Assembly (NCBI GenBank): GCA_002347965.1
Contig: DDYN01000039.1
Location: 1,797-65,796 of the forward strand
Length of the DNA: 64,000 nucleotides
DNA from: Nitrospirae bacterium UBA2233
GTDB taxonomy: Bacteria > UBA2233
Reading direction: 5' to 3'
Shown here: positions 30,572 through 39,808 of the stretch, piece after piece
How the letters are laid out: every line of letters begins with the position of its first letter
Position numbering within the stretch: position 1 is the first letter of the stretch
The notes under the pieces: model-generated
Told to the model about the DNA's origin: nothing
What the model saw: the letters and a program-made list of their open reading frames with translations, nothing else
The model's database searches: none
Position numbers and translations under genes: made by a program

Positions 30572-31025
30572 TTCTTCCGCCGAACTTTTCTTTGAGCACG
30601 ACAGACCGAACCGACATCGTCCGATCAAGCGCCTTGCACATGTCAATGACCGTCAACGCCGCGATACTTGCCGCAACCAAGGCCTCTATCTCCACACCCG
30701 TCCTGTCGAACGCTTCTACGATCGCCTCGATGAACACACCCCGCTTGTCTTCTTGGGACTGGAAATTAATGGATACACGCGTCAAACGGATAGGATGGCA
30801 CATTGGAATTAAAAAAGCGGATTGCTTGGCGGCAAGAACCCCTGCTGTGGTCGCTACGCCAAAAACGTCCCCTTTCTTAACATGCCCCTTTTCGATCGCC
30901 TCAAGCGTAGAAGGAAGCATCTCTACGACCGCGACCGCACGAGCCAACCGGCGAGACTCCGCCTTTTCGGCGATATCCACCATTCTGGGTAGCCCATGCT
31001 CATCGAAATGCGTCCAATCGCCCAT
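30537..31025 (-). CDS. moaC: Cyclic pyranopterin monophosphate synthase MoaC
   Basis: 162 aa; MoaC motifs (GDVFGVATTAGVLAAKQSAFLIPMCHP). Confidence 0.9.
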   Translation of the reverse strand: MGDWTHFDEHGLPRMVDIAEKAESRRLARAVAVVEMLPSTLEAIEKGHVKKGDVFGVATTAGVLAAKQSAFLIPMCHPIRLTRVSINFQSQEDKRGVFIEAIVEAFDRTGVEIEALVAASIAALTVIDMCKALDRTMSVRSVVLKEKFGGRSGHFLRQDTLD

Positions 31026-31058
31026 GCGTTCATGGCCTCGTTGTATTAAGGGAAGAAA

Positions 31059-31135
31059 TGGCGGGGCCGACGAGACTCGAACTCGCGACCTCCGGCGTGA
31101 CAGGCCGGCGTTCTAACCGTCTGAACTACGACCCC
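31059..31135 (-). tRNA. tRNA-Asp (GTC)
   Basis: Manually folded cloverleaf GGGGTCGTAGTTCAGACGGTTAGAACGCCGGCCTGTCACGCCGGAGGTCGCGAGTTCGAGTCTCGTCGGCCCCGCCA with encoded CCA. A spurious 79-aa ORF spans it (GREFESRRP is the T-arm translation). Confidence 0.85.
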
Positions 31136-31149
31136 GCATCCGTTTTCGC

Positions 31150-31224
31150 TGGTGGGCGGTACTGGATTCGAACCAATGGCCCCCGGCTTGTAAGGCCGAT
31201 GCTCTACCGCTGAGCTAACCGCCC
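31150..31224 (-). tRNA. tRNA-Val (TAC)
   Basis: GGGCGGTTAGCTCAGCGGTAGAGCATCGGCCTTACAAGCCGGGGGCCATTGGTTCGAATCCAGTACCGCCCACCA; its 5' end overlaps the clpX stop codon by 1 nt. Confidence 0.85.
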
Positions 31225-32486
31225 TAGGCGATCTCGGCTTTCCTTGAAGTGACCAACAAGGGCTTACTCCCTTGAGCCACGACATCCTTGTTGATTATAA
31301 CTTCTTTAATATCCTTTCGGGAAGGGATCTCGTACATGATGTCAAGCATGAGCGATTCCATGATCGCCCTTAGCCCCCTAGCTCCCGACTTTCGCTTGAG
31401 CGCTTCTTTTGCAATCACTTCGAGAGCGTCATCCGTAAACTTCAACGCCGCAGCGTCCAATTCAAAAAGCTTCTGGTACTGCCTTACAAGCGAGCCTTTG
31501 GGTTCTTTAAGGATTCGAACGAGCGCTTTGGCGTCAAGTTCCTCAAGGGTCACCATGACCGGCAAGCGCCCTATAAATTCAGGAATCAACCCAAACCTGA
31601 TCAGGTCTTCAGGCTGAGAGACGTTCAACAGGTTTTGCTTTGCGGCTTCGGCAGTCTCCTGGCCTTCGGGAGAAGCCCGATGAAACCCGATCGTTCTGCC
31701 CTTTAGACGCCTCTCTACGATCTTGTCCAGCCCGCAGAATGTCCCGCCGCAGATGAACAAAATGTTTGCAGTATCCACCTGGATGTATTCCTGTTGAGGG
31801 TGCTTCCTGCCCCCTTTTGGCGGAACGTTCGCGACGGTCCCTTCGAGGATCTTCAAGAGGGCCTGCTGCACGCCTTCACCGGAAACATCCCGAGTGATCG
31901 AGGAATTTTCAGATTTACGAGAGATTTTGTCGATTTCATCGATATAGACAATACCCCTTTGAGCTCGCTCGACGTCAAAGTTGGCATTTTGCAGGAGGCT
32001 GAGGATGATGTTTTCGACGTCCTCGCCGACATATCCGGCCTCTGTCAGCGTCGTAGCATCGGCAATGGCGAAGGGGACATTCAAGATTTTTGCCAGCGTT
32101 TGCGCAAGGAGCGTTTTTCCGGATCCCGTAGGCCCAATCATTAAAATGTTCGACTTCTGAAGCTCCACCTCATCGTGCGCCTGAGGGCGGTACTCAATAC
32201 GCTTGTAGTGGTTGTATACAGCGACCGACAAAACCTTCTTGGCCCGCTCCTGGCCTACGACGTAGTCGTCTAAAATTTTTTTCATCTCGTATGGCTTAGG
32301 AATCTGGCCCTCCGGATAGCAGTTACCCTCGAACCCGGCGTCTCCGGCCAGAATATCATTGCAAAGATCGACGCATTCATCGCAGATGTATACCGACGGA
32401 CCCGCGATCAGTTTTTTGACTTCATCCTGGGATTTGCCGCAGAACGAGCATGTCAAATGGCCCTTTCCGGATCTTTTCTTATCCAT
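31224..32486 (-). CDS. clpX: ATP-dependent Clp protease ATP-binding subunit ClpX
   Basis: 420 aa; zinc finger (CSFCGK...CDEC); Walker A GPTGSGKT. Confidence 0.95.
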   Translation of the reverse strand: MDKKRSGKGHLTCSFCGKSQDEVKKLIAGPSVYICDECVDLCNDILAGDAGFEGNCYPEGQIPKPYEMKKILDDYVVGQERAKKVLSVAVYNHYKRIEYRPQAHDEVELQKSNILMIGPTGSGKTLLAQTLAKILNVPFAIADATTLTEAGYVGEDVENIILSLLQNANFDVERAQRGIVYIDEIDKISRKSENSSITRDVSGEGVQQALLKILEGTVANVPPKGGRKHPQQEYIQVDTANILFICGGTFCGLDKIVERRLKGRTIGFHRASPEGQETAEAAKQNLLNVSQPEDLIRFGLIPEFIGRLPVMVTLEELDAKALVRILKEPKGSLVRQYQKLFELDAAALKFTDDALEVIAKEALKRKSGARGLRAIMESLMLDIMYEIPSRKDIKEVIINKDVVAQGSKPLLVTSRKAEIA

Positions 32487-32513
32487 AGGAGTCAGCTCCT
32501 TGTACCCATGCGG

Positions 32514-33131
32514 TTATTCGTCGTGGCGTTCCTGCATTAACCCGCCAGCTCGCTTCTTCGAGATCACCTGGTCGATGATCCCGTACTCTACCCCTTCTTC
32601 GGCGTTCATAAAATAGTCCCTGTCGGTATCCTTTTCCACCTTGTCGATCGGCTGCCCAGTATGGCCGGAGATGATCAGGGTGAGTTCTGCCTTGAGCCTT
32701 AAAATTTCACGCGCTTGAATTTCGATGTCCGCGGCCTGCCCTTGGAACCCCCCTGACGGCTGGTGGATTAGGATGCGGGAGTGCGGGAGTGCGAAGCGTT
32801 TTCCTTTGGCGCCGGCAGCCAAAAGCACTGCACCCATGCTTGCAGCCATTCCAAGGCACAGCGTAGCCACGTCGGGCTTGATGAACTGCATCGTGTCGTA
32901 AATGGCAAGCCCGGCAGTAACCAGACCCCCCGGAGAGTTCACGTAGAGGTAGATGTCTTTTTCAGGGTCTTCAGACTCAAGATACAAGAGCTGGGCGATA
33001 ATCAGGTTTGCAATATCAGAGTTAATAGGGCTTCCCAAAAAAACGACGCGCTCTTTTAAAAGCCTGGAGTAAATATCGTACGCCCGCTCTCCGCGAAGTG
33101 TTTGTTCGATAACCATAGGAACCAGCGGCAT
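32514..33131 (-). CDS. clpP: ATP-dependent Clp protease proteolytic subunit ClpP
   Basis: 205 aa; catalytic Ser in GMAASMG. Confidence 0.95.
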   Translation of the reverse strand: MPLVPMVIEQTLRGERAYDIYSRLLKERVVFLGSPINSDIANLIIAQLLYLESEDPEKDIYLYVNSPGGLVTAGLAIYDTMQFIKPDVATLCLGMAASMGAVLLAAGAKGKRFALPHSRILIHQPSGGFQGQAADIEIQAREILRLKAELTLIISGHTGQPIDKVEKDTDRDYFMNAEEGVEYGIIDQVISKKRAGGLMQERHDE

Positions 33132-33174
33132 AAAGAACTCCCATGTTTAGTGATGAACCGTCGAGAGGATGGGG

Positions 33175-34422
33175 CTAAGCCGCATCTCCTCTTCTAAGTG
33201 TAACATTGGCAAGGAGATAATCATACAGCTTCTCGTCGAGCAATACACGACGAGCCTCGTCATGCAAACCGGGAGGAAGCGCAACCCCTTTGTCTGAGAA
33301 ACGCCTCCTTAGAAAGGCTTCTACCTCCGCATCTGCCACCTCGATCCCCGCCTGCCGGGTCAACGCTTCTGAAAGGTAATACCATTTAAGCTGTCGCGCC
33401 ACCAGCGCATGAACCTTGTCCTTGTTTGTATCCTTGTGATCGCCGCTTCTGTCAAGCGCCGCGACGTGCCGCTGAATGGCCTCTTCGAGCACTCCCTCCG
33501 GCAAACCTACATCATGGCCTTCCATAATGGCGTTGGCAACTTTTTCCTTCATAAGCTCCCTGGCACGAAGCTCTTTTTCTCTTTGAATGTCATCCCTTAT
33601 CCGGCCCTTAAGCTCATCGAGCGTGGAAAGCCCAAGATCTTTCGCAAACTCGTCATCGAGGACCGGAAGCCGCTTCCTTTGGGCGTGAACGAGCCTTGCC
33701 CGAAAGGTTCCGCGTTTTCCGCGAACAATCTCGGGAATGCCGGGCAAATAAGGAAAATCTCCTGCATACACAAAATCCCCCTCGCCATCCCATGGACTCT
33801 CTGGCTGGAGAGGGGCATGTCTAGGGTCAAGTATGAGGCGAAACTCTGAATCTACGATCCCCTCAAGCTCAACCTCGTGAGCCTCGCCGCCCTCTGCATG
33901 AAAGACCCCCTTAAGCCTGGCAAGATCCTCTGGCAACAGGGTATCCCCGGAGGAAAGCGACGCGTATGGCGCGTTCACTTTTTGAAGGTAGGCCAGCATG
34001 GAGAGTACTTCATCGTCTGCGACCGACACGTTCGAATCATCAACGACCTGGAATGTTTCCAGGGGCTTCAAAGAGATTTTTGGCTTAAGTTCGACCTCTA
34101 GGTGAAAACGGCACAGCTCTCCAGGGGTAAAAGCCAGGTCTTTGACAAGCTTAGGATGGGTCGCGAGGTCAAGGCCGTATTTCTCGATGGCCTCTTCAAG
34201 CCCTTGATTGAGAAGCCGTTCGCGTACGTTGGCCTCCACGTCTTTCCGAAAATACCTCTCCAAGACAGGCCGTGGGATGTGACCCTTGCGAAATCCTGGG
34301 AGACGCACGCGGTGCCTTAGTTCCTCGTATGCCCTTTTCAGGGCATCAACGCTTTCCTCCGGAGAAACTTCGGCCTCAATGACTCGCTTTAAACCAGGAA
34401 ATTCTACGAGCTCAACCCTCAT
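33175..34422 (-). CDS. tig: Trigger factor
   Basis: 415 aa; ribosome-binding GFRKGHIP motif, PPIase and C-terminal domains. RBS AAGGAG. Confidence 0.9.
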   Translation of the reverse strand: MRVELVEFPGLKRVIEAEVSPEESVDALKRAYEELRHRVRLPGFRKGHIPRPVLERYFRKDVEANVRERLLNQGLEEAIEKYGLDLATHPKLVKDLAFTPGELCRFHLEVELKPKISLKPLETFQVVDDSNVSVADDEVLSMLAYLQKVNAPYASLSSGDTLLPEDLARLKGVFHAEGGEAHEVELEGIVDSEFRLILDPRHAPLQPESPWDGEGDFVYAGDFPYLPGIPEIVRGKRGTFRARLVHAQRKRLPVLDDEFAKDLGLSTLDELKGRIRDDIQREKELRARELMKEKVANAIMEGHDVGLPEGVLEEAIQRHVAALDRSGDHKDTNKDKVHALVARQLKWYYLSEALTRQAGIEVADAEVEAFLRRRFSDKGVALPPGLHDEARRVLLDEKLYDYLLANVTLRRGDAA

Positions 34423-34502
34423 ACAGCCTCACGCTCCTTGCTCGATCAGATTCAGATATAGATACTAAACTAAATAGACGGAAGGCGTTTTTCTGACGCA
34501 AT

Positions 34503-34586
34503 TGGTGCGAGAGGGGGGACTTGAACCCCCACGGGTAGTCCCACTAGATCCTAAGTCTAGCGCGTCTGCCATTCCGCCACTCTCGC
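34503..34586 (-). tRNA. tRNA-Leu (TAG), long variable arm
   Basis: GCGAGAGTGGCGGAATGGCAGACGCGCTAGACTTAGGATCTAGTGGGACTACCCGTGGGGGTTCAAGTCCCCCCTCTCGCACCA. Confidence 0.85.
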
Positions 34587-34598
34587 AAAAGGTTGGAG

Positions 34599-34675
<77 letters not shown>

Positions 34676-34800
34676 ACTTCCAATTGCGGCGCTCACGAAC
34701 AGGGCGCACCCCTAAACAGCCATGCAGCGAGAAAAGGCCCACCGATTGGTGCCCTATGCATATCGTACCTTAAATCGTTTCGGAGTTCCAACGGGCCCCT

Positions 34801-35880
34801 TCAGGCAATACCTTCTGCGTTAACCACGCTAACCCTTCCGGCTAGCCGTAGGGCAAGCTCGTTAAAGACTGCTACAACCCCCTTCGCCTCCTCCAGGGGT
34901 TCGGTCGCCACAAGCGGCCGGCCAATGTCGGAAGCCTGCCCGAGCCTCTGGTCGAGCGGAATTTGGCCTAAGAAGGGAACCTGGAATTGCTCGGCAAGCC
35001 TCTGGCCCCCGCCGCCGGAGAAGATGTAAGAAATCTCGTGGCATTTAGGGCAAACAAACCCGCTCATGTTTTCGACAACGCCAAGAATAGGGACGTTCAC
35101 CTTCTGAAACATCGCTATTGCCTTTTTCGCATCCCCGATGGCCATCTTTTGGGGGGTAACCACGATGAGCGCCCCCATTAAAGGCGAAGACTGCGCAAGC
35201 GTCAACTGCACGTCTCCTGTTCCAGGGGGCAGGTCGACTACGAGGTAATCCAACTCCCCCCAAGCGACATCCTCTAAAAACTGCTTCATAAGGCCGTGTA
35301 GCATCGGCCCCCTCCAAACCAGTGGGGTATCCTCCGCCACAAGGAACCCAACAGACATAACGCTGATCCCGTAAGCCTCCAGAGGGTGGATCTTGCCATC
35401 CGGTGTCCCCTTGGGGCGCTCCCCTTCTAGCCCAAGGAGAATTGGGGCGTTCGGACCGTAAAAATCCGCGTCCAAAAGCCCTACTCGAGCACCTTGCCTG
35501 GCAAGGGCTATGGCTAAGTTTACGCTTACCGTAGACTTCCCTACCCCGCCCTTGCCTGAGCCCACGGCAAGAACGTTTTTCACGCCCGGTATCGCGGCCT
35601 TTCCGCCGTTAGGGTCGAGACGTGCAGCCTTAACCTCGGCCGTTAGGGAGACGTCTACCGCATGAACGCCCTCAATCGCCAAGAGGGCCTTTTCGACCTC
35701 CTCTTTAATGTGCTGTTTGAGGGGGCATGCGGGCGTTGTGAGGTTAATAGTCGCATGAACGTTCCCTTCGGCATCGACATTCAAATCCTTGACCATCCCC
35801 AAGGCAACAATATCCCTGTGTAACTCTGGGTCCTCCACGCTGCGCAACGCCTCAAGAAGGTGCTCACGTGCAACTGCCAT
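34801..35880 (-). CDS. apbC: Mrp/ApbC/NBP35-family Fe-S cluster carrier ATPase
   Basis: 359 aa; P-loop GKGGVGKST; C-terminal CPKC motif; N-terminal DUF59-like region. Confidence 0.85.
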   Translation of the reverse strand: MAVAREHLLEALRSVEDPELHRDIVALGMVKDLNVDAEGNVHATINLTTPACPLKQHIKEEVEKALLAIEGVHAVDVSLTAEVKAARLDPNGGKAAIPGVKNVLAVGSGKGGVGKSTVSVNLAIALARQGARVGLLDADFYGPNAPILLGLEGERPKGTPDGKIHPLEAYGISVMSVGFLVAEDTPLVWRGPMLHGLMKQFLEDVAWGELDYLVVDLPPGTGDVQLTLAQSSPLMGALIVVTPQKMAIGDAKKAIAMFQKVNVPILGVVENMSGFVCPKCHEISYIFSGGGGQRLAEQFQVPFLGQIPLDQRLGQASDIGRPLVATEPLEEAKGVVAVFNELALRLAGRVSVVNAEGIA

Positions 35881-35897
35881 ACGTATCCTTTCTTAAC

Positions 35898-36398
35898 TTA
35901 GATGACAACGGCGCTAAACGGTTCGGAGCGTTTTATCAACGTATCGATCCCATCAACAAACCCTTCTCTCGTGTAGCGCGGGTTCGGATGCAGCCCTGTA
36001 TCCATCCGGATAGCGTCCACGGGGCAGGCTTCGACACAGTCCCCGCAATAAATACAAAGGATTGTATCGATGTCATAACGGATAGGATGTTTCTCGACGT
36101 TCGAGTCGGGATGTTCTCCTGCCTCGATCGTAATACAGCGCGAAGGGCATGCCGTAGCGCAGAGCATGCAAGCGGTACACCGAACAGAACCATCCGGCTT
36201 GAGCGTAAGCCTGTGAGAACCCCTGAAACGCTCAGGATAAGCCCGTTTCTGCTCTGGATACTGCAACGTTACCGCCGCAGGAATTCTTTTCGCTATTCCA
36301 AAGAGATGCAAGGTATGCAAAAACATGTTTTTAAAGAAATGCCTTGAGGTGACATACAACCCCTTTAGGATTTCTACTACGTATACGCGTTCCATAAG
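35898..36398 (-). CDS. NuoI-like 2x[4Fe-4S] ferredoxin, standalone
   Basis: CTACMLCATACP and CIYCGDCVEACP clusters; collinear with NADH dehydrogenase subunit I, but no other nuo genes nearby. Start may instead be 36440. Confidence 0.65.
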   Translation of the reverse strand, partial: LMERVYVVEILKGLYVTSRHFFKNMFLHTLHLFGIAKRIPAAVTLQYPEQKRAYPERFRGSHRLTLKPDGSVRCTACMLCATACPSRCITIEAGEHPDSNVEKHPIRYDIDTILCIYCGDCVEACPVDAIRMDTGLHPNPRYTREGFVDGIDTLIKRSEPFSAVVI

Positions 36399-36468
36399 CG
36401 TTAACTTGGGCCTGTTCACGGGCATTCCTTTTACTAGCATACAAAACCTCCTAGACCTACAAACATAA

Positions 36469-37032
36469 CTAGCCGTCTCTAGTATAACACAGATCTCCGT
36501 GACTGCTCGAAAATTCCCTGTCGCTTCGAGACCGAAGCATGTAATCAATCATCGAACCATAACCGGCGGCAAGACCCCCAAAAAGGCATACAAGTCCAGT
36601 CGCCGCTAGGCTCCCCGGGCTCTGGAGGAGAATCAGGAAAAGCCCAAGGCTTTGAAGTAGCATCTTGAGCTTTCCGAGCCTTGAGGCGGACATTCGCACC
36701 TTAGAGCGGATGCCCGTCACCCAAAGTTCTCGTACGACGAACAGCGCGGTGGTCCATCCTGGCACAAGGGTTCTTTCTGTGAGCATGACCAAAACAGAAA
36801 GGATCAGCACCTTATCGGCCAGCGGATCCATCAGTTTCCCCCACACGCTTACAGATTGCCAGCGCCTTGCCAGCACGCCGTCTAGAAAATCCGTGAGACA
36901 GCCGACGGCGAACAACCCGGCCAAGAGGTTTGGTGCGATCTCGTCGGGCCAAGAGAGCAAAAAAACGAGTAACGCCGAGATGAGGACTCGCGACACCGTT
37001 AGGGCGTTAGGGAAAAAACGTAGTACATACAA
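36469..37032 (-). CDS. pgsA: CDP-diacylglycerol--glycerol-3-phosphate 3-phosphatidyltransferase
   Basis: 187 aa; CDP-alcohol phosphatidyltransferase motif DFLDGVLARRW...GKLMDPLADK. Confidence 0.8.
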   Translation of the reverse strand: MYVLRFFPNALTVSRVLISALLVFLLSWPDEIAPNLLAGLFAVGCLTDFLDGVLARRWQSVSVWGKLMDPLADKVLILSVLVMLTERTLVPGWTTALFVVRELWVTGIRSKVRMSASRLGKLKMLLQSLGLFLILLQSPGSLAATGLVCLFGGLAAGYGSMIDYMLRSRSDREFSSSHGDLCYTRDG

Positions 37033-37051
37033 CTAAAAAAACCCGCCCGTA

Positions 37052-37819
37052 TTATTTGGACGCCACAGTGGGACCTACCCTATCGGTGTACTCCCGGAGG
37101 AAAGACCCTACCCGTTGTAGATACACGCGGGTCTCCTGAATGTCTGGAATTCCTTCAAGCCACACCCTGTTAGGTCCGGCGTTATAAGCCGCGAGCGCCC
37201 TTTGCACGTCTCCTTCGAACACATCCAAAAGCCACTTTAAATAGCGGCTTCCGGCGTGGATGTTTTCATTGGGGTCAAAAACATCTTGAACGCCTAGCTC
37301 TTGGGCTGTTGCGGGCATGAGCTGCATCATTCCACAGGCCCCCTTTGGCGATACAGCCAAGGGGTTGAAGTTGGATTCCGCCTTGATGACGGACTTAAGA
37401 AGGCTGAAATTGACTCCGTAAGCCCTCGAAGCTTGGGCGATGATTGAATCGTAGCGATCCTCCCGTGCAACCTTGCCGTATCGGGCCTCGTACGGAAACT
37501 CTACGCTTACGGGCTTGGTAGAAGCGAAAGCTGTGCGCAAGAGTTGTTTCTTAGAAAAAACAATGGAGCTTTCACTGTATCCATTCGGGAGTCGCTTTCG
37601 AACGCTTGCGTAGGCTAAACCTCCCTTTATGTAAATCCTGGCAGATTTCCTGTAAGTCGGAGGTATCCTGGAAAGAGTGGCGTAATGAAAGGTGCCGTCT
37701 GCGCCCTGAAATACATAGATATCCTCCCCGCGCGCGCCTCCCGTAGGAACAACGCATAGCACAAGAAAGGCAGCAAGGAACACACCCTGTCGGATTCGCC
37801 TAAAGCCCGCTTTTCCCAT
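37052..37819 (-). CDS. Lytic transglycosylase (SLT domain), secreted
   Basis: Signal peptide; SLT motifs ESNFNP, GMMQLMP, AYNAGP. Confidence 0.75.
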   Translation of the reverse strand: MGKAGFRRIRQGVFLAAFLVLCVVPTGGARGEDIYVFQGADGTFHYATLSRIPPTYRKSARIYIKGGLAYASVRKRLPNGYSESSIVFSKKQLLRTAFASTKPVSVEFPYEARYGKVAREDRYDSIIAQASRAYGVNFSLLKSVIKAESNFNPLAVSPKGACGMMQLMPATAQELGVQDVFDPNENIHAGSRYLKWLLDVFEGDVQRALAAYNAGPNRVWLEGIPDIQETRVYLQRVGSFLREYTDRVGPTVASK

Positions 37820-37839
37820 CGTCAGACCTTTCGTTTCCG

Positions 37840-38403
37840 CTAACCCGATTGAACCTCCTCGATTGTCATTAAAGAATAGAGGGGGATGCCGCGTTTTTCA
37901 AGAGCCTCCCTTCCCCCTTCCGAGCGATCGATCACGCAAAAGGTTGCAAGGACGCGCAGCTGGCTTTCTAACGCCTCATCAACTGCGGCAAGCAAAGAGC
38001 CGCCTGTTGTCACGACATCCTCGATAACGACGACGTGCCCTTCCTTTGGAAGGTTTTCAAGGCCCTCGATTTTCCTCAGTCTTCCATGTTCCCTCGGGCC
38101 GCTTCGAACAAGGAACCCGGCAAGCGGACTCCCGGAGCTGTACGACGAGTAAACCAAGGCCCCAACGATGGGGTCTGCCCCAATCACGGGCCCTCCTATG
38201 CCATCCGGGTAGGGCCTTAGGGTATGGAGAATCGAACGAAATAGGCTGGTTATCAAAAATAACCCCTCCGGATGAAGGCTGAGTTTTTTGACGTCCAGGT
38301 AAAAGGAGCTTTTCTTTCCGGAGCTAAGCGTGAATTCGCCCGTGTAGTAGGCGATATCCCGGACGATCTCGATGAGGCGCCGCTTAAGCTGGCCAAACTC
38401 CAT
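37840..38403 (-). CDS. pyrE: Orotate phosphoribosyltransferase
   Basis: PRTase motif VVVIEDVVTTGGS. Start taken at MEFGQLKRRLIE, 19 nt after the purF stop. Confidence 0.8.
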   Translation of the reverse strand: MEFGQLKRRLIEIVRDIAYYTGEFTLSSGKKSSFYLDVKKLSLHPEGLFLITSLFRSILHTLRPYPDGIGGPVIGADPIVGALVYSSYSSGSPLAGFLVRSGPREHGRLRKIEGLENLPKEGHVVVIEDVVTTGGSLLAAVDEALESQLRVLATFCVIDRSEGGREALEKRGIPLYSLMTIEEVQSG

Positions 38404-38422
38404 CCCGTTCACCACCCCCTCC

Positions 38423-39793
38423 TCACCGAGTTGCAATTGGATAAGACCCCGTAAAACAACCAAGGCAAACCTTGGATTTTTCCATTCCCGCCGCGCCAAG
38501 CATTCCTTGCACGCTTAAGTACCGGAGCGAATCGGCCCCTACAAATCTGGAAATTTCTTGGGTTTCTAGCCTAGAGGCCAGGAGCTCCTCTTGAGAGGGG
38601 GTGTCAATGCCGAAATAGCAGGAGGATACGATCGGCGGCGAGCTGATCCGAACATGCACTTCTTTTGCCCCGCAACCCCTCAATAGGCCAACGATCTTCT
38701 TGAGCGTTGTTCCGCGGACTAGCGAATCGTCTACCAGCACCAAGCGTTTCCCCTCGATCAGGTGCCTTACAGGGTTAAGCTTAATTTTTACCCCAAAAGA
38801 TCGTATGCTTTGCCTCGGTTCGATGAACGTCCGTCCCACGTAATGGTTGCGGATAAGGCCCATCTCAAAAGGAATGCCGCTTGCTTGATGGTAGCCGATC
38901 GCCGCGGGAACGCCGGAATCGGGAACGGGAATGACCATGTCTGCTTCAATCGGGTCTTCCTTAAATAGGCCTTCGCCAAAGGCCTTCCTTGTCTCGTAGA
39001 CGTTTCTGTGAAACACCGTACTGTCCGGCCTAGAGAAATAGACAAGTTCGAAAATACAAGCCGCCTGGCGAGGGGCTTGCGCAACCTGCGTTCGAACAAG
39101 CCCGGCCTCGGAAACCTCTAGAAGTTCCCCCGGGTTTAGCTCGCCCAAGTATTCCGCCTCGATCAGGTCTAGTGCGCACGACTCGGAGGCTACCACGACG
39201 GCATCTTTGACTTTCCCGAAGCAAAGAGGGCGAAAGCCAAGCGGGTCGCGAAAAGCCAAAAGACGGTCTGGAGTCAAAAGCACGACAGAGTAGGCTCCAC
39301 GGACTTCCGTCATCACCCTGGCGATGGCCTCTTTCGCCCCCAACCCCTTATACAGCCCGTAGAAGTGTCCGAAGACCTCTGAATCTACGGAGTTAGACAA
39401 GTGCGCGCCTTTTCTGGCTAGCAATTCGGCCAATTCCGGGTAATTGACCAGATTACCGTTATGGGCTACTGCAATGCTGTAGCCCTCGTGGTCTACCAAA
39501 AGAGGCTGAAGGTTCTCCGCCTCCTTCGAGCCGGACGTGCTGTAGCGCGTGTGCCCGATCGCGCAGGTCCCGGGCAACTTCTCTAAAACATCCTTAGTAA
39601 ATATATCCGCGACGAGGCCTTTACGCTTGTAAAGGCCGAACCTGTCCTCTTGAGGCCGAAGAGAGGCGATCCCAGCGCCCTCTTGTCCCCTGTGTTGGAG
39701 GGCGTAGAGCCCCAAGTATGCAATATTGCTAGCCTCCGGGTGTCCCCACACGCCCACCACGGCGCACTTCTCTCGCAATCGTCCGTCTGTCAC
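38423..39793 (-). CDS. purF: Amidophosphoribosyltransferase (with propeptide)
   Basis: 456 aa; propeptide MTDGRLREK followed by CAVVGVWG Ntn-Cys; PRTase domain. Confidence 0.9.
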   Translation of the reverse strand: MTDGRLREKCAVVGVWGHPEASNIAYLGLYALQHRGQEGAGIASLRPQEDRFGLYKRKGLVADIFTKDVLEKLPGTCAIGHTRYSTSGSKEAENLQPLLVDHEGYSIAVAHNGNLVNYPELAELLARKGAHLSNSVDSEVFGHFYGLYKGLGAKEAIARVMTEVRGAYSVVLLTPDRLLAFRDPLGFRPLCFGKVKDAVVVASESCALDLIEAEYLGELNPGELLEVSEAGLVRTQVAQAPRQAACIFELVYFSRPDSTVFHRNVYETRKAFGEGLFKEDPIEADMVIPVPDSGVPAAIGYHQASGIPFEMGLIRNHYVGRTFIEPRQSIRSFGVKIKLNPVRHLIEGKRLVLVDDSLVRGTTLKKIVGLLRGCGAKEVHVRISSPPIVSSCYFGIDTPSQEELLASRLETQEISRFVGADSLRYLSVQGMLGAAGMEKSKVCLGCFTGSYPIATR

Positions 39794-39808
39794 TCTATTT
39801 TACTCCAA

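Noticed and set aside
31046-31285. 79-aa minus-strand ORF ([16 protein letters not shown]...GREFESRRP...)
   Set aside because: It is the translation of tRNA-Val/tRNA-Asp (the GREFESRRP and GAIGSNPVP signatures of T-arms), not a protein.
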